A stretch of 64,000 bases of DNA from Candidatus Dojkabacteria bacterium (GTDB lineage: Bacteria > Patescibacteriota > Dojkabacteria > J137), in contig JAUQWV010000006.1 of the NCBI GenBank assembly GCA_030834985.1, positions 140,168 to 204,167 on the forward strand. The letters are read 5' to 3'. Shown piece after piece: positions 63,858 to 64,000 of the stretch. Made by a program: the position numbers and the translations under genes. The number at the start of each line of letters is the position of its first letter. Position 1 is the first letter of the stretch. The notes below the pieces were generated by a model. That model saw nothing but the letters and a program-made list of their open reading frames with translations. It was not told the DNA's origin and ran no database searches.

Positions 63858-64000
63858 TTATTCAACATCAAACGTAACAGTTCCTTCTGTTGAATTAATA
63901 TTAGACTCCGGGTTGATTGTAATAGAATTTAATGCCCAAGCATAACCTGGCCCATTAGTATTAAAGTTGGAGCATACCATATTTCCAGTAGTAGGTGATG
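63858..64000 (-). CDS. C-terminal fragment of a hypothetical protein (runs off the right edge)
   Basis: Open frame ...SPTTGNMVCSNFNTNGPGYAWALNSITINPESNINSTEGTVTFDVE* ending before the terminator. Confidence 0.5.
   Translation of the reverse strand, partial: SPTTGNMVCSNFNTNGPGYAWALNSITINPESNINSTEGTVTFDVE

Overview
AT-rich bacterial chromosomal window, standard genetic code, with hallmarks of a Patescibacteria/CPR genome (possibly Dojkabacteria/Microgenomates-like; inferred from gene content and 16S signatures, not from a search). It holds a complete minus-strand rRNA operon (16S-tRNA-Ile-tRNA-Ala-23S-5S), housekeeping genes (rho, clpC, rpsA, polA, ftsH, smpB, groES/EL, ftsA-like, rplY, yidC, ruvX, mltG, lexA, fmt, ileS, lepB, parAB, rny), five further tRNAs, and a ~15 kb co-oriented cluster with six VirB2/TrbC-like pilins, a membrane-anchored Clp ATPase and a VirB4/VirD4-like ATPase. 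The most striking signal is at 21747-22015: a nested tRNA. A complete tRNA-Ile(UAU) sits inside the anticodon loop of a second, sequence-identical tRNA body, joined by two complementary ~50-nt arms; precise removal of the insert could give a UUU (Lys) anticodon. Also notable: a tmRNA with no T-loop or D-loop consensus and a ~28-aa tag, a 6S-like structured RNA upstream of rho, several unannotated small ORFs (one with a 14-nt perfect anti-SD complement), and a Lon ATPase lacking its protease domain.
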